DNA from: Acutalibacteraceae bacterium | GTDB lineage: Bacteria > Spirochaetota > Spirochaetia > Sphaerochaetales > Sphaerochaetaceae | Reading direction: 5' to 3' | Length of the DNA stretch: 59,734 nt | Assembly (NCBI GenBank): GCA_963626075.1 | Contig: CAVFVX010000001.1 | Location: 1-59,734, forward strand | Shown here: positions 10,198-21,029 of the stretch, piece by piece | Layout of the letters: every line of letters begins with the position of its first letter | Position numbering within the stretch: the first letter of the stretch is position 1 | Made by a program: the position numbers and the translations under genes | The notes under the pieces: generated by a model | The model's input: the letters and a program-made list of their open reading frames with translations, nothing else | What the model was told of the DNA's origin: nothing | The model's database searches: none

Positions 10198-11662
10198 ATG
10201 GGCACATACATCAATCCCGGCAACAGGGGTTTTGACGAAATCAATACACCAGACTATGTCGACAAGACAATGCTGATTGATTACTTCAACCGGAATATCG
10301 GAACGATTGACAAGCTTCTCTGCATCACATGTCCACACGGTTTCGGCAAGACATACACGGCCCGGATGCTCTCCTCATACTTTGACCGCAGCTGCGACTC
10401 CCACTCACTTTTCGACGACAAGAAGATAGCCCTGAATGCCGACTATGAGAAGAACATGAACGGGTACAACGTAATATACCTCGACATGTCGGATTTCGTT
10501 CTCGAAGCCAGGGAGAAGGGAAGACCGCTTGCGGACATACCTTTCATTATCGAAGCTGCGGTCGCTCAGGATCTGAAGGATTCAGGCTTCGATGTTGTGG
10601 ATGGAGAGCCTCTGGGAAATACTCTCTTACGTATCGCCGGGAATCCGGAAAACGGCCCCTTCGTCTTCATCATCGATGATTGGGATGCTCCCATCAGGGC
10701 GGCGAAGAATGACCGGGATGCCCGGAAGAGTTATCTCAGTCTTCTGAGGTTCTGGTTCAAGAACGGTAACCTTACACCGAACGTGGTGGCAGCAGCCTTC
10801 ATGACGGGAATCCTTCCGATAATGGCGGACGGCTCGGAGTCATCGGTTTCTGACTTCCATGAATACACGATGGAATTCCCCGGCAGTTTCGCAGGGTATA
10901 TCGGTTTTACGGAGAATGAAGTGAGGAAGCTCTGCTCACGGCATGCGGTCGACTTCGAAGAAGTGAGACGCTGGTACGGCGGTTACCGCTTCCGGGATAC
11001 AGGCGAGATCTTCAATCCTTCCTCCGTGATGGCCGCAGTACGTAGCGGATTATTCCGTTCATACGTGACCGGAACACCGGAAACAGAGACTCTCAGCTCA
11101 TACATCAGTCTGAGGCTCGACGGCCTTGCGAAGGCCGCAGCCGAGCTTGCCGGCGGAATGGAAGTGAGGGTGAATACCGTCGGTTTTGCCAGAGACCTCA
11201 CGACCTTCATGAGCAGGGACAATGTTCTGACGCTTCTCGTGCATCTCGGATACCTTGCCTATGATGCCGGGAAAGAAACCGCCCGTATTCCGAACGGCGA
11301 AATGCTCGAGGAGTTCCGGAAAGCGTGCACCTGAGGAAAGCGGAAAGTGCCTCCGTCAGAGCGAAAAGCTCATCGAAGGCATCATCAGGCCTGTCTGTTG
11401 CAAGTACTGCAGTAACTACCTGCAGCTTGAGGAGCTTCCAGCGTGTGACGGCTGTGCCGACGTCGTCTTTCTTCCTCTTCGGGAGGCAAATCCGACGGCA
11501 TTGATCATCTAGCTCAAGCGGGACAATCAGCGGAAGGTGCAACAGGACAGATAATATCCCGATGTCCTGAAGGACTACAGGGGAGAGAAGCTTCCTGTGG
11601 GTATCAATTACGACAGGGATGACAGGACGCACACCTGCAGAACAGTGGGACAGCACCGCTAA
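10198..11662 (+). pseudogene. AAA-ATPase_like + PD-(D/E)XK (PDDEXK_9-type) gene with a decayed nuclease domain
   Basis: An intact 378-aa N-terminal ORF (10198..11334; YVDKT, CPHGFGKTY). The C-terminal domain continues in frame 2 (ACDGCADVVFLPL...ALII*LKRD...VGINYDRD). It is interrupted by TAG at 11510 and TAA at 11552 and ends at TAA 11660-11662. Confidence 0.6.
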
Positions 11663-11694
11663 ATTTTTGAGCCGGCTTAAAATATCGGAAGGTG

Positions 11695-11723
11695 TTGACA
11701 ATACTTACAAAAACATATAAATT
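11695..11723 (+). promoter_or_regulatory. Sigma-70-like promoter upstream of tuf
   Basis: TTGACA (11695-11700), 17 nt, TAAATT (11718-11723). It would give a leader of about 250 nt. Confidence 0.5.
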
Positions 11724-11973
11724 AGTCAAAGTGTCGCCGCTCCACATGGGGTTCCATGTCTGTGGCGTCTAGAGCCAAACCGATTGCAAAGGCGATAAGG
11801 GTGGTTCCGGAAAGTAGTTTTTTTATTACTTAATAACGTATGTCGTCAGTAATTGCCGACCTCTGGAACTTAACATTACCTACTTGGCAGTCAGTTGTCT
11901 CAAGGGACTGTAAAGGCTTGGGCCTTTATAAATATTATTTTTTGATTTGTGGCATTGCCACAAGGAGGAACTG

Positions 11974-13164
11974 ATGGCTAAGGAAAAATTCGAGAGAACT
12001 AAGCCACACGTAAACGTAGGTACCATCGGTCACGTCGACCATGGTAAGACCACTCTCACAGCAGCTATCACAATGCACTGTGCTAGACTGTTCGGAGACA
12101 AGGCCCTTGCTTATGATGCAATCGACAACGCACCAGAAGAGAAGGAACGTGGTATCACAATCAACACAAGACACGTCGAGTATCAGTCCAAGAACAGACA
12201 CTACGCACATGTCGACTGCCCGGGTCACGCTGACTACATCAAGAACATGATCACAGGTGCTGCTCAGATGGACGGTGCTATCATCGTCGTCGCAGCAACA
12301 GACGGTGCCATGGCTCAGACAAAGGAGCACATCCTTCTTGCCAGACAGGTTGGTGTACCTGCAATCATCGTCTTCATCAACAAGTGCGACCAGGTCGACG
12401 ATCCCGACCTCATCGAACTCGTAGAAGAGGAAATGAGAGACCTTCTCACAGAGTATGGTTTCGACGGCGCTAACTGCCCTGTCATCAAGGGTTCCGCTTA
12501 CGAAGCTATGACAAAGCCCGATGATCCCGAAGCAACAAAGTGCATCGACGAACTCCTCGACGCTATGGATTCCTATATCCCGCTCCCGGAGAGATCTGTC
12601 GACAAGCCCTTCCTCATGCCGATCGAAGACATCTTCTCGATTTCCGGCCGTGGAACTGTTGTTACAGGTAGAGTCGAAGCCGGTGTCATCCATGTCAACG
12701 ACCCCGTACAGATCGTCGGTATCAAGGAAACAAGAAACACTGTCGTTACAGGTGTTGAAATGTTCAACAAGCTCCTCGATGAAGGACAGGCTGGTGATAA
12801 CATCGGTGCTCTCCTCAGAGGTGTCGACAAGAAGGAAGTCGTCAGAGGCCAGGTTCTTGCTAAGCCCAATACAATCACTCCTCACACAAAGTTCAGAGGA
12901 ACAGTATACGTACTGAGCAAGGAAGAAGGCGGAAGACACTCACCGTTCTTCGATGGTTACAGACCTCAGTTCTACTTCAGAACAACTGATATCACAGGCA
13001 CATGCCACCTTCCGGAAGGAAAGGAAATGATCATGCCTGGTGACCACACAGAGATCATCGTCGACCTCATCCACCCGGTAGCTATGGACAAGGGTCTCCG
13101 CTTCGCTATCAGAGAAGGCGGCAGAACAGTTGCATCCGGTCAGGTAACAGAGATCATCGAGTAA
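11974..13164 (+). CDS. tuf: Elongation factor Tu
   Basis: Starts [27 protein letters not shown], with DCPGHADY and NKCD motifs. AAGGAGG lies upstream. The ORF-track start 11947 is an in-frame extension. Confidence 0.98.
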   Translation: MAKEKFERTKPHVNVGTIGHVDHGKTTLTAAITMHCARLFGDKALAYDAIDNAPEEKERGITINTRHVEYQSKNRHYAHVDCPGHADYIKNMITGAAQMDGAIIVVAATDGAMAQTKEHILLARQVGVPAIIVFINKCDQVDDPDLIELVEEEMRDLLTEYGFDGANCPVIKGSAYEAMTKPDDPEATKCIDELLDAMDSYIPLPERSVDKPFLMPIEDIFSISGRGTVVTGRVEAGVIHVNDPVQIVGIKETRNTVVTGVEMFNKLLDEGQAGDNIGALLRGVDKKEVVRGQVLAKPNTITPHTKFRGTVYVLSKEEGGRHSPFFDGYRPQFYFRTTDITGTCHLPEGKEMIMPGDHTEIIVDLIHPVAMDKGLRFAIREGGRTVASGQVTEIIE

Positions 13165-13191
13165 TCGACTCAGACTAATTGAAAAACTTAA

Positions 13192-13235
13192 GGTCCGACC
13201 GGGGGTGCCTCATCCCCGGTGACCTGTTGATTTTT
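13192..13235 (+). terminator. Attenuator/terminator-like hairpin in the tuf-rpsJ spacer
   Basis: GGTC-cg-ACCGGGG ... CCCCGGT-GACC, 11 bp with a 2-nt bulge. Followed by TGTTGATTTTT. Confidence 0.45.
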
Positions 13236-13250
13236 GGAGATTTTTAAAAA

Positions 13251-13559
13251 ATGGCAAACGAAAGAATCCGTGTGAAGTTGAGAGGCTTTGACGTTGACCT
13301 CATCGAGCAGAGCTCGAAGGCAATCGTCCAGACAGTCATTAAGGCTGGAGCCAAGGTTTCAGGACCCATCCCACTTCCGACACGTATTAACAAGTACACT
13401 GTCCTCAGATCGCCGCACGTTAACAAGAAGGCTCGCGAACAGTTCGAAATGAGAACACACAAGAGATTGATTGACATCCTGGACCCGACCCAGAAGGTTG
13501 TAGAAGCCCTGATGAAACTCGAACTCCCTGCTGGTGTGGATGTAGAAATTAGACAGTGA
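13251..13559 (+). CDS. rpsJ: 30S ribosomal protein S10
   Basis: 102 aa, starts [14 protein letters not shown]. First gene of the S10 cluster. Confidence 0.96.
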   Translation: MANERIRVKLRGFDVDLIEQSSKAIVQTVIKAGAKVSGPIPLPTRINKYTVLRSPHVNKKAREQFEMRTHKRLIDILDPTQKVVEALMKLELPAGVDVEIRQ

Positions 13560-13577
13560 AGTTGAGGTAAGTAAGAA

Positions 13578-14198
13578 ATGTTAGGGCTTATCGGCAAAAA
13601 AGTTGGAATGACACAGGTATTCGATGCTCAGGGCAGACTTATTCCTGTGACAGTAATTAAAGTTGAGGATAACGTAGTCATCGCAAACAGGACAGATGAG
13701 AAGAACGGTTATTCTGCAGCTGTTGTTGCATCCGGCGCCGTCAAGGAAAGCAGGACAACAAAGCCTTATGCAGGCGTTTTCAAGGGTGTTTGCGAACCGA
13801 AGAAGGTCGTCATGGAAATGAGAGACTTCGACAACGAAGTCAAGGTCGGCGATGTTCTCGGAGTTGACTTATTCAAGGAAGTAGCTTACGTAGACGTAAC
13901 CGGAACAAGCAAGGGTAAGGGTTACCAGGGCGGCATGAAGCGCTACGGCTTCGGCGGCGGAAGAAAGACCCACGGCTCGAAGTTCCACAGAGATCTCGGC
14001 GGCACCGCAATGTCATCGACTCCCGCACACACATTCAAGGGACACAGGATGGCAGGTCACATGGGCAACGAGAAGGTTACAGTCCAGAATCTCAAGCTCG
14101 TCGCAGTAGACAGCGAAATGCAGGTCATCATGGTCAAGGGTGCCATCCCCGGACCCACAGACAGCACAGTCGTCATCAAGAAGGCAGTAAAGAAGTAA
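13578..14198 (+). CDS. rplC: 50S ribosomal protein L3
   Basis: Starts [15 protein letters not shown]. Conserved cluster position. Confidence 0.96.
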   Translation: MLGLIGKKVGMTQVFDAQGRLIPVTVIKVEDNVVIANRTDEKNGYSAAVVASGAVKESRTTKPYAGVFKGVCEPKKVVMEMRDFDNEVKVGDVLGVDLFKEVAYVDVTGTSKGKGYQGGMKRYGFGGGRKTHGSKFHRDLGGTAMSSTPAHTFKGHRMAGHMGNEKVTVQNLKLVAVDSEMQVIMVKGAIPGPTDSTVVIKKAVKK

Positions 14199-14210
14199 GG
14201 CAGGTATAGT

Positions 14211-14840
14211 ATGGAACAGAAACTCTTTTCTACAGCCGGCAAGGAAGTTGGAACAGTACAGCTCAGCGAACAGGTTTTCGGTGTTGTTGTATCTACTGGT
14301 TCCATTTACCATGCCGTAAGAAACGAAGCAGCTAACCGCCGTGTCGGAACTGCATGCACAAAGACCAGAGCTGAGGTCAATTACAGCAATACCAAGCCTT
14401 ACAAGCAGAAGGGAACGGGTAATGCAAGAAGAGGTGACAAGAAGTCCCCGATCACAGTCGGCGGCGGCACGATTTTCGGGCCGAGACCCCGCGATTACTC
14501 CTATTCTCTTCCCAAGAAGGTCAAGAGACTTGCAATGAAGAGTCTTCTCACACTTGCTGTTGAGGAAGACAGACTGGTAGTTGTCGAGGATTTCACCAGT
14601 GAAAACGGCAAGACGAAGGATATGGCCGCAATCATGTCTGCATTCCAGACAGTCGGTCAGAGAACAGTCCTTGTCATGAAAGATGATGATGTGATGATCA
14701 GACGCGCAGCAAAGAACATTCCGTATCTTCATGTTCTTGCATACGACAAGCTCTCCGCCAAGGAACTTCTCTACGGCAGAAAGGTTATCGTTCTCAAGTC
14801 TGCAGTATCTAATCTCAACGATTTCTACGGTGAGAACTAA
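14211..14840 (+). CDS. rplD: 50S ribosomal protein L4
   Basis: KPYKQKGTGNARRG motif. Conserved cluster position. Confidence 0.95.
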   Translation: MEQKLFSTAGKEVGTVQLSEQVFGVVVSTGSIYHAVRNEAANRRVGTACTKTRAEVNYSNTKPYKQKGTGNARRGDKKSPITVGGGTIFGPRPRDYSYSLPKKVKRLAMKSLLTLAVEEDRLVVVEDFTSENGKTKDMAAIMSAFQTVGQRTVLVMKDDDVMIRRAAKNIPYLHVLAYDKLSAKELLYGRKVIVLKSAVSNLNDFYGEN

Positions 14841-14852
14841 GGAGAAAGCGAA

Positions 14853-15152
14853 ATGAGAGCAGATAGAGTTATCATTGAACCGATTTTAAGTGAAAAGTCG
14901 AACATCGCCAGAGAAGGCGAATGCAAGAAGTATACATTCAAGGTTGATCCGAAGGCCAACAAGTATGAAATCATGAAGGCCGTCAAGGAACTCTTCAAGG
15001 TTGACTGCACTTCCTGCAATGTAATGAATGTCGGCGGCAAGCCGAAGTTCTCCAGAGGCAAGGGTGGTTTCGTTCAGGGCTACACGGCTTCCTGGAAGAA
15101 GGCAATCGTAACATTGGCCAAGGGTCAGTCCATCGGGGCTATCGAAGGCTAA
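14853..15152 (+). CDS. rplW: 50S ribosomal protein L23
   Basis: 99 aa, located between rplD and rplB. Confidence 0.93.
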   Translation: MRADRVIIEPILSEKSNIAREGECKKYTFKVDPKANKYEIMKAVKELFKVDCTSCNVMNVGGKPKFSRGKGGFVQGYTASWKKAIVTLAKGQSIGAIEG

Positions 15153-15166
15153 GGGGGATACAGGAA

Positions 15167-15991
15167 ATGGCATTAAGATATTATAAACCGAATACTCCCG
15201 GTCTCCGCCAGAAGGCTACACTCGTCAAGAGCGAGGTAACAGCACAGAAGCCCGAGAAGTCCCTCACAGTGAGTCTCCATCAGAACTCCGGTCGTGACAC
15301 ATTCGGACGCATCAGCGTACGCAGACGCGGCGGCGGAGCCAAGAGAGCTTACAGAATCATTGATTTCAAGCGCAACAAGTATGGTGTGCCGGGAACAGTC
15401 AAGACGATCGAATACGATCCCAACAGATCAGTCCTGATCGCTCTCGTCGCATATGCCGACGGTGAAAAGCGCTATATTCTCGCACCGAAGGGACTGACAG
15501 TCGGAACACAGGTTGTCTCCGGCCCGAACGCTCCCCTCACGACAGGCAACGCTCTTCCTCTGAAGAACATTCCCCTCGGACTTGCAGTCCATAACGTCGA
15601 GCTCAACTACGGACGCGGCGGACAGCTTGTCAGAAGCGCGGGCCTGAGTGCAACGGTCATCGCAAAGGAAGGCGACTATGTTACTCTCCGCCTCCCCTCG
15701 GGTGAAATGAGAATGGTGTTCGGTGAATGCTACGCCACACTCGGAATTCTCGGCAACGAGGACCACATGAACGTCTCCCTCGGCAAGGCAGGTGCTTCCA
15801 GACATCTTGGAAGAAGACCGAAGGTCAGAGGTGTCGTCATGAACCCTGTCGACCATCCGCATGGTGGTGGTGAAGGCAAGACAGCTGCAGGTAGAAACCC
15901 CTGTACGCCTTGGGGTAAGCCGGCTAAGGGCGGAAAGACACGCTCCAGGAAGAAGCCGTCCAACGCATTCATCGTCAAGAAGCGCAAGTAG
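15167..15991 (+). CDS. rplB: 50S ribosomal protein L2
   Basis: [13 protein letters not shown] motif, 274 aa. Confidence 0.97.
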   Translation: MALRYYKPNTPGLRQKATLVKSEVTAQKPEKSLTVSLHQNSGRDTFGRISVRRRGGGAKRAYRIIDFKRNKYGVPGTVKTIEYDPNRSVLIALVAYADGEKRYILAPKGLTVGTQVVSGPNAPLTTGNALPLKNIPLGLAVHNVELNYGRGGQLVRSAGLSATVIAKEGDYVTLRLPSGEMRMVFGECYATLGILGNEDHMNVSLGKAGASRHLGRRPKVRGVVMNPVDHPHGGGEGKTAAGRNPCTPWGKPAKGGKTRSRKKPSNAFIVKKRK

Positions 15992-16003
15992 GAGTAGAGA
16001 GAA

Positions 16004-16276
16004 ATGTCAAGATCAATCAAAAAAGGTCCTTTTATTGAAGCCAAGCTCCTGAAGAGGGTAGACGCAGCAAACCAGGCTAATCAGAAGCCGATGATCAAGA
16101 CCTACTCACGTAGTTCGACAATCATCCCCGAGATGGTCGGTTTCACGATTTCCGTGTACAACGGCAAGACCTGGGTTCCTGTTTTCGTAACCGAGAACCT
16201 TGTCGGACACAAGCTCGGTGAATTCGCACCTACACGTATTTTCCGTGGGCACGCATCTGATAAGAAGGTTAAATAA
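16004..16276 (+). CDS. rpsS: 30S ribosomal protein S19
   Basis: Starts [11 protein letters not shown]. Confidence 0.96.
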   Translation: MSRSIKKGPFIEAKLLKRVDAANQANQKPMIKTYSRSSTIIPEMVGFTISVYNGKTWVPVFVTENLVGHKLGEFAPTRIFRGHASDKKVK

Positions 16277-16285
16277 GGTTAGATT

Positions 16286-16648
16286 ATGGAAACTAAGAAA
16301 GGTTATAAAGCAGTTGCCAAATATTTGATGGTTTCTCCTTCAAAGGTACGTCCCGTGGCAGACCTCGTCAGAGGCAAGGGCTACGTTGAAGCAGTCGCCA
16401 TCCTCGAAGCAATGCCTCAGAAGGGTTCAGACCTTATTCTGAAAGTTCTCAAGTCCGCAGGTGCTAACGCTTTGTCTCAGAACAAGAAGCTTGATGAGGA
16501 TTCACTCTTCGTAGCAGAGTTGAGAGTCAATGACGGTCCTAGACTTAAGAGAGTATGGGCTCGTTCTCACGGAAAGCGCGACATCCTTCTCAGAAGAATG
16601 TCTCATATTACCGTCGTCGTAGACGAGAAAGCAAAGGTAGGCAGATAA
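16286..16648 (+). CDS. rplV: 50S ribosomal protein L22
   Basis: 120 aa, conserved cluster position. Confidence 0.94.
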   Translation: METKKGYKAVAKYLMVSPSKVRPVADLVRGKGYVEAVAILEAMPQKGSDLILKVLKSAGANALSQNKKLDEDSLFVAELRVNDGPRLKRVWARSHGKRDILLRRMSHITVVVDEKAKVGR

Positions 16649-17349
16649 TGGGCCAGAAAGTAAATCCAATCGGACTCAGACTCGGTGTCAACAAGACATG
16701 GCAGTCGAAGTGGTATGTCGATCCCAGAGAGTATGCAGACACACTCCATGAGGATCTGGTACTCAGAAAGGCTCTGCTTGCTTGCCCCGAAGTCGCAGGT
16801 GCAGAGATCAGCGAAGTCGAAATCATCCGTAAGCCCCAGCGCATTACCATGGTAATCGCAACGGCACGCCCGGGCGTCATCATCGGCGCAAAGGGTGCCA
16901 ATGTCGAGAAGGTTGCCGAGAAGATGCAGAAGCTTACCGAGAAGAAGGTTCAGATCAAGATCAAGGAAATCAAGAAGTCGGAATGCGATGCACAGCTTGT
17001 CGCTCAGAACATCGCACGCCAGCTTGAGGGCCGCGGCGCTTACAGAAGAGCTATGAAGAACGCAATCTCCAGAGCTATGATGGGCGGCGTACAGGGAATC
17101 AAGATCAAGTGTTCCGGTCGTCTCGGCGGTGCCGAAATCGCCCGCAACGAGCAGATGAAGGAAGGAAGAGTTCCTCTCCACACGCTCCGCTCGGACATCG
17201 ATTACGGTTTTGCTACCGCAAACACATCATTCGGCGCCATCGGTGTCAAGGTATGGATCTTCAACGGTGAAATCTACCACGGTATGAAGAATGATGATGA
17301 GGCTGTCCTGGCTGCAGGCAAGAACAAGGCTGAAGAGGCTAGAGGTTAA
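16648..17349 (+). CDS. rpsC: 30S ribosomal protein S3
   Basis: Starts [13 protein letters not shown]. The ATG overlaps the rplV stop (TAATG). The ORF-track start 16555 lies inside rplV. Confidence 0.95.
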   Translation: MGQKVNPIGLRLGVNKTWQSKWYVDPREYADTLHEDLVLRKALLACPEVAGAEISEVEIIRKPQRITMVIATARPGVIIGAKGANVEKVAEKMQKLTEKKVQIKIKEIKKSECDAQLVAQNIARQLEGRGAYRRAMKNAISRAMMGGVQGIKIKCSGRLGGAEIARNEQMKEGRVPLHTLRSDIDYGFATANTSFGAIGVKVWIFNGEIYHGMKNDDEAVLAAGKNKAEEARG

Positions 17350-17352
17350 AAG

Positions 17353-17769
17353 ATGCTTAGTCCAAAGAGAATTAAATACAGAAAAAAGCAGCGCGGTACT
17401 AGAGACGCAGTTGCACACAAGGGGAATCAGATTTCCTTCGGTGAGTATGGTCTCATGGCTCTCGAGCCATATTGGATTACGAACCGCCAGATCGAGGCTG
17501 CCCGTGTCGCTATGACACGTCACGTCAAGCGTGGCGGTAAGGTCTGGATCCGCATCTTCCCCGACATGCCCTACACCAAGAAGCCTGCCGAAACAAGACA
17601 GGGTAACGGTAAGGGTGCACCGGAAGGCTGGGTAGCTGTCGTCAAGACAGGCGCAATCATGTTCGAAATGGGCGGTATCGAGGAGGAACTCGCAAGAGAA
17701 GCTCTCTCCCTCGCTGCTGCAAAGCTTCCAATCAAGACAAAGTTCGTGTCCCGTGCCAATCAGGAGTAA
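17353..17769 (+). CDS. rplP: 50S ribosomal protein L16
   Basis: Starts [15 protein letters not shown]. Confidence 0.96.
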   Translation: MLSPKRIKYRKKQRGTRDAVAHKGNQISFGEYGLMALEPYWITNRQIEAARVAMTRHVKRGGKVWIRIFPDMPYTKKPAETRQGNGKGAPEGWVAVVKTGAIMFEMGGIEEELAREALSLAAAKLPIKTKFVSRANQE

Positions 17770-17772
17770 ACT

Positions 17773-17976
17773 ATGAAGAGTTATAAAGATCTCAGCTATA
17801 ACGAGCTTGTCGCTGAAAGAGATAAGCTCAGAAAGGAACTGGTTGACCTCAGAATGCAGAAGGTCCTCGGTCACCTCGACAACCCGATGTCTCTTGGTTC
17901 GACAAGGAAGAATATTGCTCGTCTTAACACAAGAATCCATGCAATCGACATCGGACTCGAAAAGAAAGATAATTAA
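17773..17976 (+). CDS. rpmC: 50S ribosomal protein L29
   Basis: 67 aa, conserved cluster position. Confidence 0.92.
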   Translation: MKSYKDLSYNELVAERDKLRKELVDLRMQKVLGHLDNPMSLGSTRKNIARLNTRIHAIDIGLEKKDN

Positions 17977-17989
17977 GAGAGGCGCGTAA

Positions 17990-18241
17990 ATGGAAGCACA
18001 GAAAAAAGTAATGACAGGCATAGTCAAGTCCGACAAGATGGACAAGACTATTGTTGTTGAGGTTTCTGACAGAACCCTCCATCCACTGTACAAGAAGTAC
18101 GTGATCTCGACCAAGAAGTTCAAGGCTCACGACGAGAAGAATGATGCCCACGTCGGTGATACGGTCCGCATCATGGAGTGCCGCCACCTGTCCAAGGACA
18201 AGTGCTGGAGACTCGTTGAAGTCGTCGAGAGAGCTCGCTAA
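17990..18241 (+). CDS. rpsQ: 30S ribosomal protein S17
   Basis: 83 aa, conserved cluster position. Confidence 0.93.
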   Translation: MEAQKKVMTGIVKSDKMDKTIVVEVSDRTLHPLYKKYVISTKKFKAHDEKNDAHVGDTVRIMECRHLSKDKCWRLVEVVERAR

Positions 18242-18253
18242 AGGAGAAAAGTC

Positions 18254-18619
18254 ATGGTACAGATGCAGACTTATTTGAACGTAGCGGACAACAGCGGTGC
18301 AAAGCGTGTGCAGTGCATCAAGGTTCTCGGCGGCAGCCATCGTTACGTTGCCGGTGTCGGTGACATCATCGTAGTTGCAGTCAAGGATGCCCTCCCCAAC
18401 GGCGCCATCAAGAAGGGTGACGTTCTCAAGGCGGTGGTCGTCCGCACCAAGAAGGAATACCGCAGACCTGACGGTACATACATCAGGTTCGATGACAATG
18501 CATGCGTTGTCATTGATGCCAACAATAACCCCCGCGGAAAGAGAATCTTCGGGCCTGTCGCCAGAGAACTCAGAGACAGCTACATGAAGATCGTCTCCCT
18601 CGCTCCGGAAGTGTTGTAG
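18254..18619 (+). CDS. rplN: 50S ribosomal protein L14
   Basis: Starts [17 protein letters not shown]. Confidence 0.96.
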   Translation: MVQMQTYLNVADNSGAKRVQCIKVLGGSHRYVAGVGDIIVVAVKDALPNGAIKKGDVLKAVVVRTKKEYRRPDGTYIRFDDNACVVIDANNNPRGKRIFGPVARELRDSYMKIVSLAPEVL

Positions 18620-18628
18620 GAGAAGAAC

Positions 18629-18928
18629 ATGAGACTGAAGAAAGATGACACAGTCAAGATCATTTCCGGCAAGGACAAAGGCCGAACCGGAAAGATCGTC
18701 AAGGTTGACCCGGTGAATGAAAGGGTCATCGTCCAGGGTGCCAACATGGTCCAGAAGACCATGAAGAAGCAGAATGCTCAGGATAAGGGCGGCATCGTGG
18801 AAGTTGAGGCTCCGATCGCAGTGTCAAACGTTGCACTTGTTTCAAAGAGCGGCGTCAGCAAGGTCGGATACAAGATGGAAAACGGAAAGAAAGTTCGTTA
18901 TGCCAAGAAGACAGGTGAGGCACTCTGA
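18629..18928 (+). CDS. rplX: 50S ribosomal protein L24
   Basis: KOW-type [20 protein letters not shown]. Confidence 0.94.
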   Translation: MRLKKDDTVKIISGKDKGRTGKIVKVDPVNERVIVQGANMVQKTMKKQNAQDKGGIVEVEAPIAVSNVALVSKSGVSKVGYKMENGKKVRYAKKTGEAL

Positions 18929-19482
18929 TGGCTGAGAAGTTTGTACCTAATTTCAAGACAAAGTACATTAACGAGGTTGTTCCTGCTCTGCAGAAGGAAT
19001 TCTCTTTCAAGACTCCCATGCAGATTCCGAAGCTTGAGAAGATCACTGTCAGCGTAGGTGTCGGCGAGGCTACGACAAACAAGAAGCTTCTCGACGCAGC
19101 TGTCAAGGAACTCGAGCAGATCACGGGTCAGCATGTCGTCAAGACAAAGGCCAGAAAGTCCATCGCTAACTTCAAGGTCAGAGAGGGACAGGAGATCGGC
19201 GCAATGGTCACACTCCGCGGAGACAACATGTGGTACTTCCTCGAGAGACTCATCTGCATCGCTCTTCCCCGTGTCAAGGACTTCAAGGGTGTCAATCCCA
19301 ATGCTTTTGACGGTCACGGAAACTACTCGCTCGGAATCACCGAACAGATTATTTTCCCTGAAATCGACTTCGACAAGATCGAGAGAATCAGCGGTCTGAA
19401 CGTGGCTATCGTCACTACAGCTGCCAACGACGAGCAGGGCTATGCTCTTCTCAAGTATCTCGGCATGCCGTTTGCAAAGTAA
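18928..19482 (+). CDS. rplE: 50S ribosomal protein L5
   Basis: 184 aa. The ATG overlaps the rplX stop (TGATG). Confidence 0.95.
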   Translation: MAEKFVPNFKTKYINEVVPALQKEFSFKTPMQIPKLEKITVSVGVGEATTNKKLLDAAVKELEQITGQHVVKTKARKSIANFKVREGQEIGAMVTLRGDNMWYFLERLICIALPRVKDFKGVNPNAFDGHGNYSLGITEQIIFPEIDFDKIERISGLNVAIVTTAANDEQGYALLKYLGMPFAK

Positions 19483-19493
19483 GGAGTGCCCCT

Positions 19494-19679
19494 ATGGCTA
19501 AAAAGTCTTTGATTGTAAAGTGCAACAGAGAACCCAAGTTCTCGACAAGAAGTTATAACCGCTGCAGAATCTGCGGTCGTCCGAGGGGCTATATGCGCCA
19601 GTTCGATATGTGCAGATGCTGCTTTAGAAAGCTCGCAAGCGAAGGCCAGATTCCTGGCGTAACAAAGTCAAGCTGGTAG
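19494..19679 (+). CDS. rpsN: 30S ribosomal protein S14, short type-Z zinc form (61 aa)
   Basis: Two CxxC pairs (CRICG, CRCC). Located between rplE and rpsH. Confidence 0.94.
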   Translation: MAKKSLIVKCNREPKFSTRSYNRCRICGRPRGYMRQFDMCRCCFRKLASEGQIPGVTKSSW

Positions 19680-19690
19680 GAGATAAGAAA

Positions 19691-20089
19691 ATGGCAGTCA
19701 GTGATCCAATTGCAGATATGCTCACCAAGATTAGGAATGCTAGTCAGGCTAAGCATGAGAAGGTTGATGTATCAGCTTCCAATCTTAAGCTCCAGATCAT
19801 AAAGATCCTTAAGAACGAAGGGTTCATCAAGAATTTCAAGAAGGTAACGAAGGACGACATCACATTCATCAGGATTTTCCTCAAGTATGAAGATGATCAG
19901 ACACCCGTTATCCACGGTATCAACCGTGTGTCCACACCCGGACGCCGCGTCTACTGCGGTTACAAGGATATCCCGAGTGTCTACAACGGAATCGGTGTCG
20001 TAGTCGTATCATCCTCCACAGGTGTCATCACAGGCAAGAAGGCCAGGGAAGCACGTGTGGGCGGCGAAGTGCTCTGCACAATCTGGTAA
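19691..20089 (+). CDS. rpsH: 30S ribosomal protein S8
   Basis: [13 protein letters not shown] motif. Confidence 0.96.
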   Translation: MAVSDPIADMLTKIRNASQAKHEKVDVSASNLKLQIIKILKNEGFIKNFKKVTKDDITFIRIFLKYEDDQTPVIHGINRVSTPGRRVYCGYKDIPSVYNGIGVVVVSSSTGVITGKKAREARVGGEVLCTIW

Positions 20090-20104
20090 TAGAGGAGGAA
20101 GGAA

Positions 20105-20647
20105 ATGTCTAGAATCGGTAAATTACCAGTCGTCATCCCCCAGGGTGTTACAGTTACAGTTGCCGACGGCCTCGTGACGGTCAAGGGTGCAAAGGGAACT
20201 CTTTCCCAGCAGGTCAGACCGGAAATCACAGTGGAAGTCAAGGGTAACGAGGTTGTCCTCACAAGATGCAACGACGAGAAGGAAGTCAGGGGCTATCACG
20301 GTCTTTACCGCCAGCTCATCCACAACATGATCGTCGGCGTCAGCCAGGGCTACTCCAAGACTCTCGTCATCAACGGTGTCGGTTTCAAGGCAGAGGCAGG
20401 CAAGGGCTGCGTAACCCTCTCCCTCGGCTACTCGACCCAGATTGACTTCATGATTCCCTCCGATGTCGACATCAAGGTCGATAACGCCACAAAGCTCATC
20501 GTCAGCGGCATCAGCAAGGAAAGAGTCGGTCAGGTTGCTTCCGAAATCAGATCCCTCAGAGGTCCCGAACCGTACAAGGGCAAGGGTATCAAGTACGAAA
20601 CCGAGAACATCCGCCGCAAGGTCGGTAAGTCCGGTGGTAAGAAATAA
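20105..20647 (+). CDS. rplF: 50S ribosomal protein L6
   Basis: Starts [12 protein letters not shown]. Confidence 0.95.
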   Translation: MSRIGKLPVVIPQGVTVTVADGLVTVKGAKGTLSQQVRPEITVEVKGNEVVLTRCNDEKEVRGYHGLYRQLIHNMIVGVSQGYSKTLVINGVGFKAEAGKGCVTLSLGYSTQIDFMIPSDVDIKVDNATKLIVSGISKERVGQVASEIRSLRGPEPYKGKGIKYETENIRRKVGKSGGKK

Positions 20648-20658
20648 GGTGGCTTAGT

Positions 20659-21018
20659 ATGAACAGAATGATTGATAAAGCAAGAAAGCATGCCAGAAGA
20701 AAGACACACATCAGAAAGTCCATCTCCGGTACAGCTCTCAGACCAAGAATGACTGTATCCAGAAGTAACCAGAACATGTATGTCCAGGTTATCGACGACA
20801 CAGTAGGTCATACATTAGCTTCCGCTTCCACTCTCGAGGCAGAGTTCAAGGATCTCAGGAACACAGTCGCAGATGCCGAGAAGCTCGGTGAGGCTGTCGG
20901 AAAGAGATGCATCGAGAAGGGCATCAAGACAGTTGTCTTCGACAGGAATGGTTATCTTTACCATGGCATCGTCAAGAGCATCGCAGACGGCGCTAGAAAA
21001 GCTGGTTTGGAGTTCTAA
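20659..21018 (+). CDS. rplR: 50S ribosomal protein L18
   Basis: 119 aa, conserved cluster position, C-terminal [17 protein letters not shown]. Confidence 0.94.
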   Translation: MNRMIDKARKHARRKTHIRKSISGTALRPRMTVSRSNQNMYVQVIDDTVGHTLASASTLEAEFKDLRNTVADAEKLGEAVGKRCIEKGIKTVVFDRNGYLYHGIVKSIADGARKAGLEF

Positions 21019-21029
21019 GGGGTTACGGT

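Noticed and set aside
11207-11701. ORFs 11255..11512 (+) and 11207..11701 (-) as independent genes.
   Set aside because: The plus-strand ORF is the frame-shifted remnant of the PD-(D/E)XK domain of the upstream ATPase gene. The minus-strand ORF is its antisense shadow. Neither has a ribosome-binding site.
11790-11820. An SRP-RNA-like GGTTCCGGAAAGTAG segment in the tuf leader.
   Set aside because: It superficially resembles the 4.5S GGUCCGGAAGGAAGCAG motif. The flanking bases cannot form the domain IV helix closing a GGAA loop, and no complementary 5'/3' stems exist.
11700-11973. tRNA genes upstream of tuf, as in many bacteria.
   Set aside because: There is no GTTCRANYC T-loop motif, no acceptor/anticodon stem arrangement and no CCA-adjacent structure.
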